Below are positions 39,677 through 50,204 of a stretch of DNA of 64,000 nucleotides, piece after piece; position 1 is the stretch's first letter, and each line of letters opens with the position of its first letter. A program made the translations under genes and the position numbers. A model generated the notes under the pieces. The model did no database searches. It was not told where the DNA came from and was given only the letters and a program-made list of their open reading frames with translations. The DNA is taken from contig JAIVHO010000034.1 in assembly GCA_020201035.1 (NCBI GenBank), positions 83,577-147,576 of the forward strand. Direction: 5' to 3'. The stretch comes from Bacteroidales bacterium. Its GTDB lineage: Bacteria; Bacteroidota; Bacteroidia; Bacteroidales; VadinHA17.

Positions 39677-42600
39677 CAGAAGGTAGAAATCCTGACGGTG
39701 AGGCAGCTTATCGTTTTTAGGATATAGCCTGAGTCCGTAAAAGAATGTACCTGCCTTTTCAGGAATCATCTCCAGCTTGTAAAGCGACTTTCCCTCCCTT
39801 GAATCAACCAGATCAAGGTCATAGCCTGCCACAAACTTGTATCTTCCGTCCTGAAGCATCCTGGTTATTATAAACTCAACACCTATCGCTTCCGGTGCAA
39901 TACCGTTAATATTCAGGATCACCTCACCATGATATCTCTTACCTGCCCTGTAAACATTACTTTTAGGCATGTCGAGCTTATATGAGAGAACTTCCAGCTT
40001 ACTCCACTCTGAACGCATATAATCCTTCCAGTTACGGATCTCAATGGCACCGGCATAATCATTCTTTTTCAGAGTGCGGGAGCGCTCCCACAATTTCATA
40101 TAGAATTTCCGGTAGTAATCATCTATCATCCTCTTGGTAGTAAACTCGGGAGCAATTGAGACCATTGAGTTCCTTACATAACTGATCCATTCAACTGGCA
40201 CTCCGCTCTCATTCCTGTTGTAGTACGCCGGAATAACCTCATATTCAAGCATATTATAGATAGTTTCTGCATCTATATCATCCTGCAATTCCTGATTTGT
40301 GAAGGTACGTTTGATCGGCAGGGCCCATCCTGCATATGCCTTGTATCCCTCAACCCACCATCCGTCAAGGACGCTGAAATGGATTGTCCCGTTCATTACC
40401 GCTTTTTCACCGCTGGTACCTGAAGCTTCAAGAGGGCGTGTAGGGGTATTCATCCATACATCAACTCCCCTCACGAGGTGTTTGGCCATCTCTATATCAT
40501 AATTCTCAAGGAAGATAATCTTACCCGCAAATTCCGGCATCTGTGATATCTCGTTGATCCTGCGTATCAGTTCCTGTCCGGCGCCGTCATTGGGATGTGC
40601 CTTCCCTGCAAAAATAAACTGTACCGGACGTTCGCTGTTGTTGACAAGCCTTTTGAGGCGATCGAAATCCCGGAAAATAAGCAGTGCCCTTTTATATGTC
40701 GCGAAACGGCGGGCAAATCCGATCGTGAGAGCATTTTCATTAAGATGATGGCTGATATTGAGCAGTTTGCGGGGACTTACATGGCGTTCCACCATTTCAG
40801 TCTGCATCCTGCGCCTTATCCACTCAAACAGCTGTTTTTTCAGATCGAGTTTCAGCCTGAATATCTCACCATCATCAACATCATACAATTTCTCCCAGTT
40901 GGAGAGCTTAGTCTGGTCAAAATGATCCTGACCGGTTATCCTTCTGTACAGATCTTTCCATTCAGATGCCAGCCATGTAGGGTAATGGACTCCATTGGTA
41001 ACATGACCTATAAAGAGCTCCTCTTCCAGATATCCCGGCCACAGCTTATTGAACATATTTCGTGTAACCTCTCCGTGCAGCTTACTTACCCCATTGACCT
41101 CCTGCGACATACGGGTTGCCAGATAACTCATATTGAACTTTCCCCCAGGATCGCTGTAACTCCTGCCCAGGTTCATAATTCTCTCCCATGTAATGTTAAG
41201 CCTGTCAGGATAGTGAGGAATATACTTCCGCAGCAGTTCCTCCTCAAAGGAGTCGTGTCCGGCCGGCACCGGAGTATGGGTTGTAAAAAGGGTGGATGCC
41301 CGGATAGCCTCCTTCGCCTGATTGAAGGTAAGGTGTCTCTTTTCAATCAGGTATCTCATTCTCTCAAGGCCGATAAAGGCAGAGTGACCTTCATTGCTGT
41401 GGTAGATGTCGGGCTTTATCCCCATGGTTCTCAGAGCCCTTATGCCTCCGATACCCAGAATAAGTTCCTGCTTAAGCCTGTTTTCGTTATCTCCCCCGTA
41501 CAGATGATGGGTAACCTGCCTGTCTTCCGGAAGATTCTCATCAATATCAGTATCAAGCAGAAAGAGCCTTACCTTACCCACTCTGGCCTCCCATATGCGG
41601 GCCTTTACATTTCGTCCGGGCCATACCAGGCTGATGCTTTTATGTTTCCCCTCTTCATTCTCCACCGGGTGGATAGGAAGGTTGGAAAAATCTTCAGCCT
41701 CATAGATTGACTGCTGCTCCCCTTTGGCCCCAAGCTTCTGCCTGAAATATCCGAATCTGTAAAGGAGACCTACCGCCACAAGGTTATAGTTTGAGTCGCT
41801 CGCCTCCTTCAGGTAATCACCTGCCAGAATACCGAGTCCGCCCGAATAGATCTTCAGGCAGTGATGAATTCCGAACTCCATGCTGAAATAGGCTACTAAC
41901 GGACTCTCATTCATATCAGGCCGATCCATATACTCTCTGAACCTGGTGTATACCCCGTCAAGCTCTGCAACAAACCCGTCATCTTCAGAGAGAACCTTCA
42001 GCCTGCGGTAATCAACATGGCTGATCAGCAATTCCGGGTTATGGTCACTCTCCTCCCAGAGGGAAGGATCAACCCTTCTGAAGATTGCCTCAGCATCAGG
42101 ATTCCATGACCACCAGAGGTTACATGCCAGCTCCTTCAGGCAGGATAATTTCTCCGGCACATCGCTCTGAATATAAATATCTTTCCAGACCGGTACCTCG
42201 TGAGGTTTCAGCGGCTTGTAATCCTTTTTAAGCAGTACTGCCGAGAGTTCGCGCGGACTGCTACGGCGGTCGGCACTGCGCTCAAGCGCTATTTTGTATG
42301 CACTATAGTAGTATTCAATATGTTTATCCCAGAGCGCTATCCTGGAGGTGTCATAAGCATCTTTACGTACTTCGTCAATCTCCTTCTCATTCATTGAAAA
42401 GAGCTTTATGGCAAAGTCACTTATCCCTTTTACACTGAGTTCTGATTCTGAATCGTCACGGGGCACCACCAGTATCCCGTCACCATGCTCCGGAAGATGT
42501 TCCTCAACCCACATTCCAAAGCCGGCAAGCGTTGTTGTAACTGTGGGGATCGAAAACATAAGGCTTTCGAGAGGTGTATATCCCCACGGTTCATAGTATG

Positions 42601-43897
42601 AAGGAAAGGCAGTGAGGTCAAATCCGGTCAGGAGGTCATAGTAGGGCATATTGAATATTCCATCATCCCCGTTAAGGTATGAAGGCACAAACAGCACCTT
42701 CACCCTGTTGTCGCTGCCGTTTACCAGCCCCTTCTCCTTCATCCTGATAAGTACCGGATCATACTCATTGTTATGAAGGTAATGAGTAACAATATTATCG
42801 CCTGCAGGAAGGGTATCGGTTCTTCCCTCCAAAAAATCGGCAATATCCTTGCGTGGCCCCTTATGATAGGCAGGAACCATAATAACGGCCAGGAAATCTC
42901 TCTCACCTTTCAGGGATGCATCAAGTGTTGCTGCAGCATCAATAAAGAGATCAAGCCCCTTGTTGTGGTATTCATAGCGGCCACTGGTAACCATCATAAA
43001 TGTATCGTCACCCAGCTTACTGCCCGTAACTGCCGAGGCCACCTTCAGAATCTTCTCTCTGGCTTCCTTTCGTCTCTTCAGAAGCTCATCTGCCTCAGGG
43101 ACAAAAGAGTCATCAAAACCATTTGGAGTTACTATATCCACCTTTTTGTCGAGTAGATGCTTACACTCCTTAGCCGTAATAGAGCTTACCGTGGTGAACA
43201 CATCAGCTTCATGGGCCGTAATCTTTTCCAGGGATTGCTTGGCTGACACGTTGAATTCACGGGCTATCTGGTATGCATTATACTCATTCAGCCTGCCATA
43301 GAGAGGTCTGCCGTTTCCGGCTATACTCCTTCCCAGTACTGTTGCATGGGTTGTAAAGGATGTTGATACCCATGGGGCATTCATTTTGAGGTAGAGAACT
43401 CCTGTGCCTGTCATCCATTCATGGAACTGAGCAACAATATCGTGGTATCCCTGATGAAAGCCGGTAAAACTCTCAACAACCTTGCCTGCAGCATATCCGA
43501 AGAGCGCCGGTTCAATATAGTCCCATTCACCGGATATACTATCCAGTTTGTATCTCTCCCAGAATTTTGCAAATATCTTATCCTTCTCATTAAAGAAAGG
43601 GGTAAAGTCGACAAGTATGACCAGTGGTTTTCCTGACACTCTCCACCGTCCTATCCTCACCCTGAGTCCCTCCTGCCCCGCTTTGCTCTTCCATTCAGGA
43701 AAAAGGTTGTCGTCCTGTTCAAATTCAGGATTCTCACGTTCATCACGCCATACATCCGGGCCTATAAGAATAAGGTTATCTCCCAGTCTGTTGATCAGAT
43801 TAAGTGCCTTGGTTGATATTACGGTATGTATACCCCCCACCTTGTTACACACTTCCCAGCTCGTTTCAAATAACAGATCAATATTCTGCTGTTCCAT
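39659..43897 (-). CDS. fusion protein: GT3-type glycogen synthase (N-terminal) plus GT35 alpha-glucan phosphorylase (C-terminal)
   Basis: 1412 aa. The N-terminus FETSWEVCNKVGGIHTV is a eukaryote-type glycogen synthase signature. From about residue 650, VAYFSMEFGIH..LKIYSGGLGILAGDYLKEASD and the EASGTSGEKA PLP-lysine region are phosphorylase signatures. Confidence 0.88.
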   Translation of the reverse strand: MEQQNIDLLFETSWEVCNKVGGIHTVISTKALNLINRLGDNLILIGPDVWRDERENPEFEQDDNLFPEWKSKAGQEGLRVRIGRWRVSGKPLVILVDFTPFFNEKDKIFAKFWERYKLDSISGEWDYIEPALFGYAAGKVVESFTGFHQGYHDIVAQFHEWMTGTGVLYLKMNAPWVSTSFTTHATVLGRSIAGNGRPLYGRLNEYNAYQIAREFNVSAKQSLEKITAHEADVFTTVSSITAKECKHLLDKKVDIVTPNGFDDSFVPEADELLKRRKEAREKILKVASAVTGSKLGDDTFMMVTSGRYEYHNKGLDLFIDAAATLDASLKGERDFLAVIMVPAYHKGPRKDIADFLEGRTDTLPAGDNIVTHYLHNNEYDPVLIRMKEKGLVNGSDNRVKVLFVPSYLNGDDGIFNMPYYDLLTGFDLTAFPSYYEPWGYTPLESLMFSIPTVTTTLAGFGMWVEEHLPEHGDGILVVPRDDSESELSVKGISDFAIKLFSMNEKEIDEVRKDAYDTSRIALWDKHIEYYYSAYKIALERSADRRSSPRELSAVLLKKDYKPLKPHEVPVWKDIYIQSDVPEKLSCLKELACNLWWSWNPDAEAIFRRVDPSLWEESDHNPELLISHVDYRRLKVLSEDDGFVAELDGVYTRFREYMDRPDMNESPLVAYFSMEFGIHHCLKIYSGGLGILAGDYLKEASDSNYNLVAVGLLYRFGYFRQKLGAKGEQQSIYEAEDFSNLPIHPVENEEGKHKSISLVWPGRNVKARIWEARVGKVRLFLLDTDIDENLPEDRQVTHHLYGGDNENRLKQELILGIGGIRALRTMGIKPDIYHSNEGHSAFIGLERMRYLIEKRHLTFNQAKEAIRASTLFTTHTPVPAGHDSFEEELLRKYIPHYPDRLNITWERIMNLGRSYSDPGGKFNMSYLATRMSQEVNGVSKLHGEVTRNMFNKLWPGYLEEELFIGHVTNGVHYPTWLASEWKDLYRRITGQDHFDQTKLSNWEKLYDVDDGEIFRLKLDLKKQLFEWIRRRMQTEMVERHVSPRKLLNISHHLNENALTIGFARRFATYKRALLIFRDFDRLKRLVNNSERPVQFIFAGKAHPNDGAGQELIRRINEISQMPEFAGKIIFLENYDIEMAKHLVRGVDVWMNTPTRPLEASGTSGEKAVMNGTIHFSVLDGWWVEGYKAYAGWALPIKRTFTNQELQDDIDAETIYNMLEYEVIPAYYNRNESGVPVEWISYVRNSMVSIAPEFTTKRMIDDYYRKFYMKLWERSRTLKKNDYAGAIEIRNWKDYMRSEWSKLEVLSYKLDMPKSNVYRAGKRYHGEVILNINGIAPEAIGVEFIITRMLQDGRYKFVAGYDLDLVDSREGKSLYKLEMIPEKAGTFFYGLRLYPKNDKLPHRQDFYLLKWIAV

Positions 43898-44119
43898 TTT
43901 TATCCTATATTAAATTTTTCAGATCTAATCCAACCTGATAATCCCTCTCTGACTATCCCTCTTTTGCCAGGCTTTTGCAACAGAGTATACTTTTCACTCT
44001 GCCGGAGCTTAAAATCAGGAGCATCTGACTGCTCTCTGACCCTTTCGCTGTCAGAAAAGAGGAAGCCTGCAAAGATAGTCATAATCTCTGCAGAACCATT
44101 ATTTCAATAATATATATGG

Positions 44120-45517
44120 TTACAGTACAGGTTTCCCGGGACTCTTGCCGGTGCTCTTGCCGGATAAAGAACCCTTTACTGTTCTGGTTGCAGTTTTACC
44201 GCCTTTTACTGTCAGTTTCTTAAGTTTTGATCTCAGGTTATGCAGTTCTGTCTCGAGTCGTTCCACTATCTCCTCCTTCATCTCAAGCCGGCGCCTTAGC
44301 TGAATTAGCTCATGCCCGTTTCCATCACCGGGACATGCTGACTGAAGCCTCCTTTCAAAATCACTCAGTATGTTCATATAATTCATAAAGGCATCATAGG
44401 GAGACTCATAGGGATTGAAATATGCATGTACGGCACCGTCTGAAAAGAATTTTGTGCACATATAGTAGAAATGGTCAGATACCTGGAGGTATTTCCAGTC
44501 AGACAGCAATGCAGGGTCACTGCAGGTCCTCACCATCTGTTCCAGCTCATACAGCTTACTGAAGGCAGCATCCTGCAGCTCATTCCCCAGCCAGGCAGTA
44601 ATATCTCTCTCCTCATCTGCCCAGGAGACCGGATTGGGAACCATTATTGCCGATACAGGCTCAAACCTGTCAGCCACGTCGGAAGGGGTCATAAAATTAA
44701 ATGGAGTCTTTTTAATCACTTCGGCAGGCAATGCCTTCAGAAACTCAAAAATACCTGTTTCCTTTTTCTGGTGTTCCCCAAAAGTTTCGTAATCCATAAA
44801 GAGGTTTATCAGTTCAGCCTTTGGTGCCCTGGCATTTATCCATGATGAAAACTTCTCAACCGTAAGCGGCCATTCAGACCATTCCCTGTTTCCAAAGCGA
44901 AAAGCGATATCATCACTGAGGGTAAAATTCCTGAGGAGTACTTTCAGTTTGGGATTAAGGGTATTACAATAGAGGTAATCAGGGCTCCTCCATCCCAGTA
45001 TATGTCTTGCCCCTTCTGTAAGCACCGACTTGAATCCCATCTCTGCAATCCAGTTTCCTATCTCATCTGAATAGACAAGTTCTGTGTTTCGGAACGATGT
45101 AGGCGCCTTCCCAAACAGCTCCTCTATTCTCCTGCTGTGTGCATTTACCTGTGCAGTAAATTCGTCCCTGCTGCTCATTGAAGCCAGAGAGTGTGAATAT
45201 GTCTCAGCCAGAAATTCAACGTTGCCGGTTTCAGCCAGTTCCCGGAATGAATCAAGCACCTCAGGAGCATACAGTTCAAGCTGATCAAGCAACACACCTG
45301 TAATTGAAAATGCAATCCTGAACTTACCCTGGTAGTGTTTAAGCAGGGAGATAAGCAGTTTATTGGCAGGTAGATAACAGTTTGCAGCTACCTTCCGCAG
45401 GATATGTTCATTTGTAAAATCGTCATAATAGTAGTGTTCACTCCCAATATCAAAAAAGCGGTACCGTCTCAGTCGGAGCGGCTGATGCACTTCAAAAACC
45501 AGGCATAATCCTTTCAT
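44120..45517 (-). CDS. glycoside hydrolase family 57 alpha-amylase-like protein with a coiled-coil/Lys-Gly-rich tail
   Basis: CLVFEVHQPLRLRRYRFFDIG is a GH57 N-terminal signature; also NVEFLAETYSHSL and DYETFGEH. Confidence 0.85.
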   Translation of the reverse strand: MKGLCLVFEVHQPLRLRRYRFFDIGSEHYYYDDFTNEHILRKVAANCYLPANKLLISLLKHYQGKFRIAFSITGVLLDQLELYAPEVLDSFRELAETGNVEFLAETYSHSLASMSSRDEFTAQVNAHSRRIEELFGKAPTSFRNTELVYSDEIGNWIAEMGFKSVLTEGARHILGWRSPDYLYCNTLNPKLKVLLRNFTLSDDIAFRFGNREWSEWPLTVEKFSSWINARAPKAELINLFMDYETFGEHQKKETGIFEFLKALPAEVIKKTPFNFMTPSDVADRFEPVSAIMVPNPVSWADEERDITAWLGNELQDAAFSKLYELEQMVRTCSDPALLSDWKYLQVSDHFYYMCTKFFSDGAVHAYFNPYESPYDAFMNYMNILSDFERRLQSACPGDGNGHELIQLRRRLEMKEEIVERLETELHNLRSKLKKLTVKGGKTATRTVKGSLSGKSTGKSPGKPVL

Positions 45518-45550
45518 CAGTCAATAATTTTTTAGGTACTCATTTCACAA

Positions 45551-46852
45551 TTATCTTTTCTGCTTCTCCTCCACTGCACTCCTGTAAATCCCGACCACCC
45601 TACGGGCCGAGTTTTCCCATTTGAAATTCTCGACCTCTTCCCTTCCCTTTTCAATAAACATCCCTGAGAGTGCAGGATAACTCAGGATTGCATGAATGGC
45701 ATCGGCCATGGCATCGATATCCCAGAAATCGACCTTTACTGCGTGTGTAAGTATTTCAGCTACACCTGATTGCTTACTTATGATTACGGGTACATTTGAC
45801 TGCATAGCCTCAAGCGGAGATATCCCGAAGGGCTCCGACACTGATGGCATTATATAGACGTCACTCCGCCGGAGCATCCTGTATACATCCACTCCCTTCA
45901 GGAATCCTGTAAAGTGAAACCTGTCTGTAATACGGAGTGCTGCCGCCCTTCTTATCATCCTCTCCAGCATGTCACCGCTGCCGGCCATTACAAACCTGAC
46001 GCCATCCATCACCTGCAGAACCCTGTGGGCTGCTTCAATAAAGTATTCAGGGCCCTTCTGAAGGGTAATTCTGCCGAGGAAAGTCACAACCTTTTCATTT
46101 ACAGATCCTTCACCCGCATCATCATATATACCGCCAACAGGTTCAACAGCATTGTAAACAGTTGTCACTTTTGCAGGATTAATTCCATACCTGTTTATTA
46201 CAGTATCGCGTGTAAGGTTACTTACCGCAATAATACGGTCAGCCATTTCCATCCCACGCTTTTCAATATCAAATACAACGGGATTGACAGATCCGCCGCT
46301 CCTGTCAAAATCAGTTGCATGCACATGAATCACTAATGGTTTACCTGATACCCTGCTGGCAGCAATACCGGCAGGATATGCAAGCCAATCGTGTGCATGA
46401 ATCACATCAAACTGCTCCTCTGAAGCAATTACGGAGGCCACTATTGAATATTTCTCAATCTCTTCCAGAAGGTTGTTATCATACCGGCCTGAGAACTCGA
46501 TCCTTCCCTGGTCATCAGTTTTCACCAGCATGCTCCTGCTGCTCTTTTGAGACCGGGTGAGGCGCCAGAAATGATCGGGATCCGAGTAGGGCACTATCCT
46601 GGACTCTACCTCAATCTTCTTAACCGTGGTGGACACTCCCTTATAGACTATTCTTTTCAGGGCTACCCTGATATTATTTGCCCCCACGAGCTTTATTGCC
46701 GACTGGTCCTCATCACCCCATGACTTTGGAACAACGAACACCACCTCCATACCCGGAACAGCAGTCATCCCACGCGTAAGCCCGTAGCTTGCGGTACCCA
46801 GTCCTCCACTAATATGTGGAGGAAACTCCCATCCAAACATCAGTACCCTCAT
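45551..46852 (-). CDS. glycosyltransferase family 4 (GT-B, glycogen-synthase-like)
   Basis: MRVLMFGWEFPPHISGGLG N-terminus; C-terminal PSVSEPFGISPLEAM (EX7E motif). Confidence 0.85.
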   Translation of the reverse strand: MRVLMFGWEFPPHISGGLGTASYGLTRGMTAVPGMEVVFVVPKSWGDEDQSAIKLVGANNIRVALKRIVYKGVSTTVKKIEVESRIVPYSDPDHFWRLTRSQKSSRSMLVKTDDQGRIEFSGRYDNNLLEEIEKYSIVASVIASEEQFDVIHAHDWLAYPAGIAASRVSGKPLVIHVHATDFDRSGGSVNPVVFDIEKRGMEMADRIIAVSNLTRDTVINRYGINPAKVTTVYNAVEPVGGIYDDAGEGSVNEKVVTFLGRITLQKGPEYFIEAAHRVLQVMDGVRFVMAGSGDMLERMIRRAAALRITDRFHFTGFLKGVDVYRMLRRSDVYIMPSVSEPFGISPLEAMQSNVPVIISKQSGVAEILTHAVKVDFWDIDAMADAIHAILSYPALSGMFIEKGREEVENFKWENSARRVVGIYRSAVEEKQKR

Positions 46853-48810
46853 TCCTTAACATTTTTATCCATGCCCGTCTGATCGAGCAGATCCATTACC
46901 CTCAGAAGTTCAGCAACACTCCACGCCTGTGATATTGTTCCCCCGGGCAGGTGTGGGGGATCGCCATCATAAACCTCTGATACTGTACTTATTCCATGTT
47001 CACTCATAACATCCTCAAATCCGTTGACTATCTCCCTGATTCTGGAAACACCCTTGCTGCCATAAACCTTAAGGTATGTCTCACAATATGGTCCGAGAAG
47101 CCAGGGCCAGACCGTTCCCTGATGGTAGGCCGTGTCACGACTGTCCTGATCACCTGAATAGATTCCCCTGTAATCAGGATTCTTGGGTGAGAGGGTTCGT
47201 AACCCCCTCGGAGTAAGAAGTTCTCCCGTTGCCACGTCCAGGATTCTTTTCATGCGATCCCTGTCAATCATTGTATATGGCATTGAACAGGCAATAAGCA
47301 TATTGGGGCGCACATACATATTTTTTGTGAAGCCCCCGTCAAGATAGTCAGCCAGATATCCTGATTCCTCATCCCAGAAGAGATCGATAAAACTGTTGCT
47401 TACCTTCACAGGCAGATCACCATACAGTGATACAAACTCCTCGTCTCCCGCCCTTTTTGCAATTTCCAGTGAAAAGCGGAGTGCATTATACCACAATGCG
47501 TTTATCTCTACATTATATCCGGCTCTCGGGGTCACAGGTCCGGAAGAGGTGACAGCATCCATCCAGGTAAGAGCCTTACCGGGTGCGGCGGCATAAATAA
47601 GTCCGGTTTCACTCATCCGGATATTAAATTCTGTTCCCGCGGTATAAGCTACAATAACCGATCTGATTTCAGTCCAGTATTTTTTTCTTGTCTGCTTACC
47701 CCCTGCCAGTCTGTACTGCTGAACTGCCCATATAAACCATAGAGGAGCGTCTACCGAGTTAAAAGCAGGATTATCATCGCTTCCCATATTGGGAAACAGC
47801 CCCCCTTTCATCTTTCTTATCTGCGTATCCAGAACATCCTGACAACGATCCAGGTCACCCCTGCTGAGAGTAAGGCCCGGAAGCGAAATAAATGTATCCC
47901 TTCCCCATGATCCAAACCAGTGGTAACCTGCAATAATATTGGTTTTACCGTTTCTATTTACAATAAATTGCTGTGCCGCATTATAGAGACAGTTACGATA
48001 TGAGTCACGCGGTACCTTGGTTTTCCGTTCTACGGCAAACCTGGTTTTTAATCCGGGCGGATTAATCTCCTCTGTAGAGGCTGAAAAGACCACATTCTCT
48101 CCCGGCTTCAGTTCCAGCTCAAAGAAACCCGGAACAAAAAGGTCTTCCCTGTAGTCGTATCCCCTCTTCTGCTCCTCTGTATACTCAACTCCCCTGTACC
48201 AGTGAGGGACAGTAACAAAAAGAGGTTTTTTGCTGAACTGCATATTAAGCCATGGAAAACCTTCATACATTCTTATCTTAACACCACCCGGGATAGGAAC
48301 GGTTCTGGTGGAGGCAACCATATTCTCATTCGTGAGTGCATGGATACTGCGGAAACCAAGCACCGGTCTGAACTGTAGCCTCACAGGTACTGATCCGCCA
48401 TCCAGCTTGTATCTGATAAGCAGCTGATCAGTCTGGGATGCGAGGAGTCTTTCAAGACGTACCCTAACGGTACCTACCTCAAATGACATTCCCGGAATCT
48501 CATCAATAACAAAATCCTTAAGGTATTTATGCCCTTTGGGGCTGTAGTGTTCCCCGGCATACTTGTGAATCCCAATATTAAAGGTAGTATCTTCCTGAAC
48601 AACTGACACATCAAGCGATGCAAGCAACAGGTGTCTCTCCTCCCCGAAATTATCGACCGGACAAACCAGCAGTCCGTGATACTTCCTGGTATTGCATCCT
48701 ACTATTGTGGTAGAGGAATATGATCCTGTACGATTGGTTCTGAGTATCTCCTTGTCGAGTGAATACTCCAGATTTACCAGCCTGGTTTTGTCAAAATTTA
48801 TGTATCCCAT
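46849..48810 (-). CDS. glycogen debranching enzyme / amylo-alpha-1,6-glucosidase (GDE_N + GDE_C, GH133-like)
   Basis: 653 aa; NTRKYHGLLV, WFGSWGRDTFISLPGL, AYHQGTVWPWLLGPY. It overlaps the GT4 gene by 4 bp. Confidence 0.85.
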   Translation of the reverse strand: MGYINFDKTRLVNLEYSLDKEILRTNRTGSYSSTTIVGCNTRKYHGLLVCPVDNFGEERHLLLASLDVSVVQEDTTFNIGIHKYAGEHYSPKGHKYLKDFVIDEIPGMSFEVGTVRVRLERLLASQTDQLLIRYKLDGGSVPVRLQFRPVLGFRSIHALTNENMVASTRTVPIPGGVKIRMYEGFPWLNMQFSKKPLFVTVPHWYRGVEYTEEQKRGYDYREDLFVPGFFELELKPGENVVFSASTEEINPPGLKTRFAVERKTKVPRDSYRNCLYNAAQQFIVNRNGKTNIIAGYHWFGSWGRDTFISLPGLTLSRGDLDRCQDVLDTQIRKMKGGLFPNMGSDDNPAFNSVDAPLWFIWAVQQYRLAGGKQTRKKYWTEIRSVIVAYTAGTEFNIRMSETGLIYAAAPGKALTWMDAVTSSGPVTPRAGYNVEINALWYNALRFSLEIAKRAGDEEFVSLYGDLPVKVSNSFIDLFWDEESGYLADYLDGGFTKNMYVRPNMLIACSMPYTMIDRDRMKRILDVATGELLTPRGLRTLSPKNPDYRGIYSGDQDSRDTAYHQGTVWPWLLGPYCETYLKVYGSKGVSRIREIVNGFEDVMSEHGISTVSEVYDGDPPHLPGGTISQAWSVAELLRVMDLLDQTGMDKNVKE

Positions 48811-48936
48811 GAGTCACTGAATTGGATATCCTGAAAAGCAATGAAAAAAACCTGATTAAGGTTCTTAAATTAAGATTAATATTTTATATGTCAAAGCGAT
48901 CAAACAATAAGATTATTAATATATCAATCAAAAGTA

Positions 48937-48944
48937 TAACTTTG
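48937..48944 (+). promoter_or_regulatory. -7 promoter box TAACTTTG upstream of the TlpA-like gene
   Basis: TAnnTTTG match 52 nt upstream of the ATG at 48996. It lies inside the longer track ORF, which favours the 48996 start. Confidence 0.4.
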
Positions 48945-48995
48945 CAGCTACAAAAAATGGAGGCAAATATTATTTTATCATTAAATAATCTCAAA

Positions 48996-50159
48996 ATGGC
49001 AAGATTAAATCTTTTTATCATTTCTATGGCAATCCTTCTTTCCGGATGCGGAAAGAATTCATTTGACATCAACGGCACTCTTACCGGAGCTGGCCCGGGC
49101 ACAATAGTCTATCTTGAAAAACTCGGCTCAAACTCAATCGAAAAGCTCGACTCCGCAACTCTTGATGAGTCGGGGAAATTCAGCTTCAGTGAAGAGATTG
49201 AAAACCCGGCATTTTACCTGCTGAGGTCTGAGGAAAACAGTTTTCTGACGGCACTGATTGAACCGGGAGAGAAGATTACCCTGATTGCACCAGCTGATTC
49301 TCTGGGCATGCCGTCCGAACTGAAAGGATCACCTGGAACACAGCTTCTTATCGATTACAATATCAGACTACAGCAGACGCTCGAGGAACTGGGTGAACTG
49401 AACAAGGTTTACGAGGAAAGTATGGACAGCCCAAATCTTGAGACGGTAATGGCCGACCTTGATAATCAGGCAAGTGAGATACTTGACAGGCTCAACGCCT
49501 ACACAAAGGATTATATTGACACCAACCTCAACTCCCTTGTTACCCTTGTTGCTCTCTACCAGCAGGTAGTGCCGCAGGTATATGTCCTTAATCCTGAGGC
49601 AGATATTGATTACTTTAAAAAGGTGGATTCTACCCTCTACGCACTATATCCCGATTATGAGCCGGTTGCCTTCCTGCATGAGCAGATAGCAACACTGGTG
49701 GGTACAATGGACACAGCCGGAGCTCCTGCAGGTGCTCTTACACCAGGCAGCAAAGTCCCTGAAATAACCCTTCAGAACCCTGACGGAGAAATGGTATCCC
49801 TGTCGTCAACCCTCGGAAGTGTAGTGCTTCTTGATTTCTGGGCCGCATGGTGTCCTCCCTGCAGGGCTGAAAACCCCAATCTTGTTGCAGCCTATGACAG
49901 GTACCACGAGAAGGGATTTGATATCTTTCAGGTATCACTTGACCAGACAAGGGAAGAGTGGCTTAAGGGAATCCAGGAAGATGGGCTGGACAAATGGCAT
50001 CATGTAAGTGATCTCCTGTTCTGGGAATCATCAGTTGTTTCACTCTACGGTATTCAGTCAATACCTACCAGCTATCTGCTTGACAGGGAAGGCAGGATAA
50101 TTGCTTCAAACCTTAGGGGGGATGCCCTTATGGAAGCACTGGCTCAGATTTTTGAATAG
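48996..50159 (+). CDS. TlpA/ResA-like thiol-disulfide oxidoreductase lipoprotein (N-terminal beta-domain plus thioredoxin fold)
   Basis: Lipobox ILLSGC; active site FWAAWCPPCRAENP. Confidence 0.85.
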   Translation: MARLNLFIISMAILLSGCGKNSFDINGTLTGAGPGTIVYLEKLGSNSIEKLDSATLDESGKFSFSEEIENPAFYLLRSEENSFLTALIEPGEKITLIAPADSLGMPSELKGSPGTQLLIDYNIRLQQTLEELGELNKVYEESMDSPNLETVMADLDNQASEILDRLNAYTKDYIDTNLNSLVTLVALYQQVVPQVYVLNPEADIDYFKKVDSTLYALYPDYEPVAFLHEQIATLVGTMDTAGAPAGALTPGSKVPEITLQNPDGEMVSLSSTLGSVVLLDFWAAWCPPCRAENPNLVAAYDRYHEKGFDIFQVSLDQTREEWLKGIQEDGLDKWHHVSDLLFWESSVVSLYGIQSIPTSYLLDREGRIIASNLRGDALMEALAQIFE

Positions 50160-50204
50160 TAAAAGCCAAAGATAACCATAACAAAAGCAAAACCGGGCAG
50201 AGAA

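Noticed and set aside
40595-41710. 371-aa plus-strand ORF
   Set aside because: It lies antisense inside the GT35 phosphorylase domain, whose own frame carries strong family signatures. It is a typical shadow ORF.
43900-44082. 60-aa minus-strand ORF in the GH57 / GT3-GT35 intergenic region
   Set aside because: Its ATG lies upstream of the only plausible promoter box (44070-44077). It has no RBS and no recognisable features. More likely it is part of a long 5' leader.
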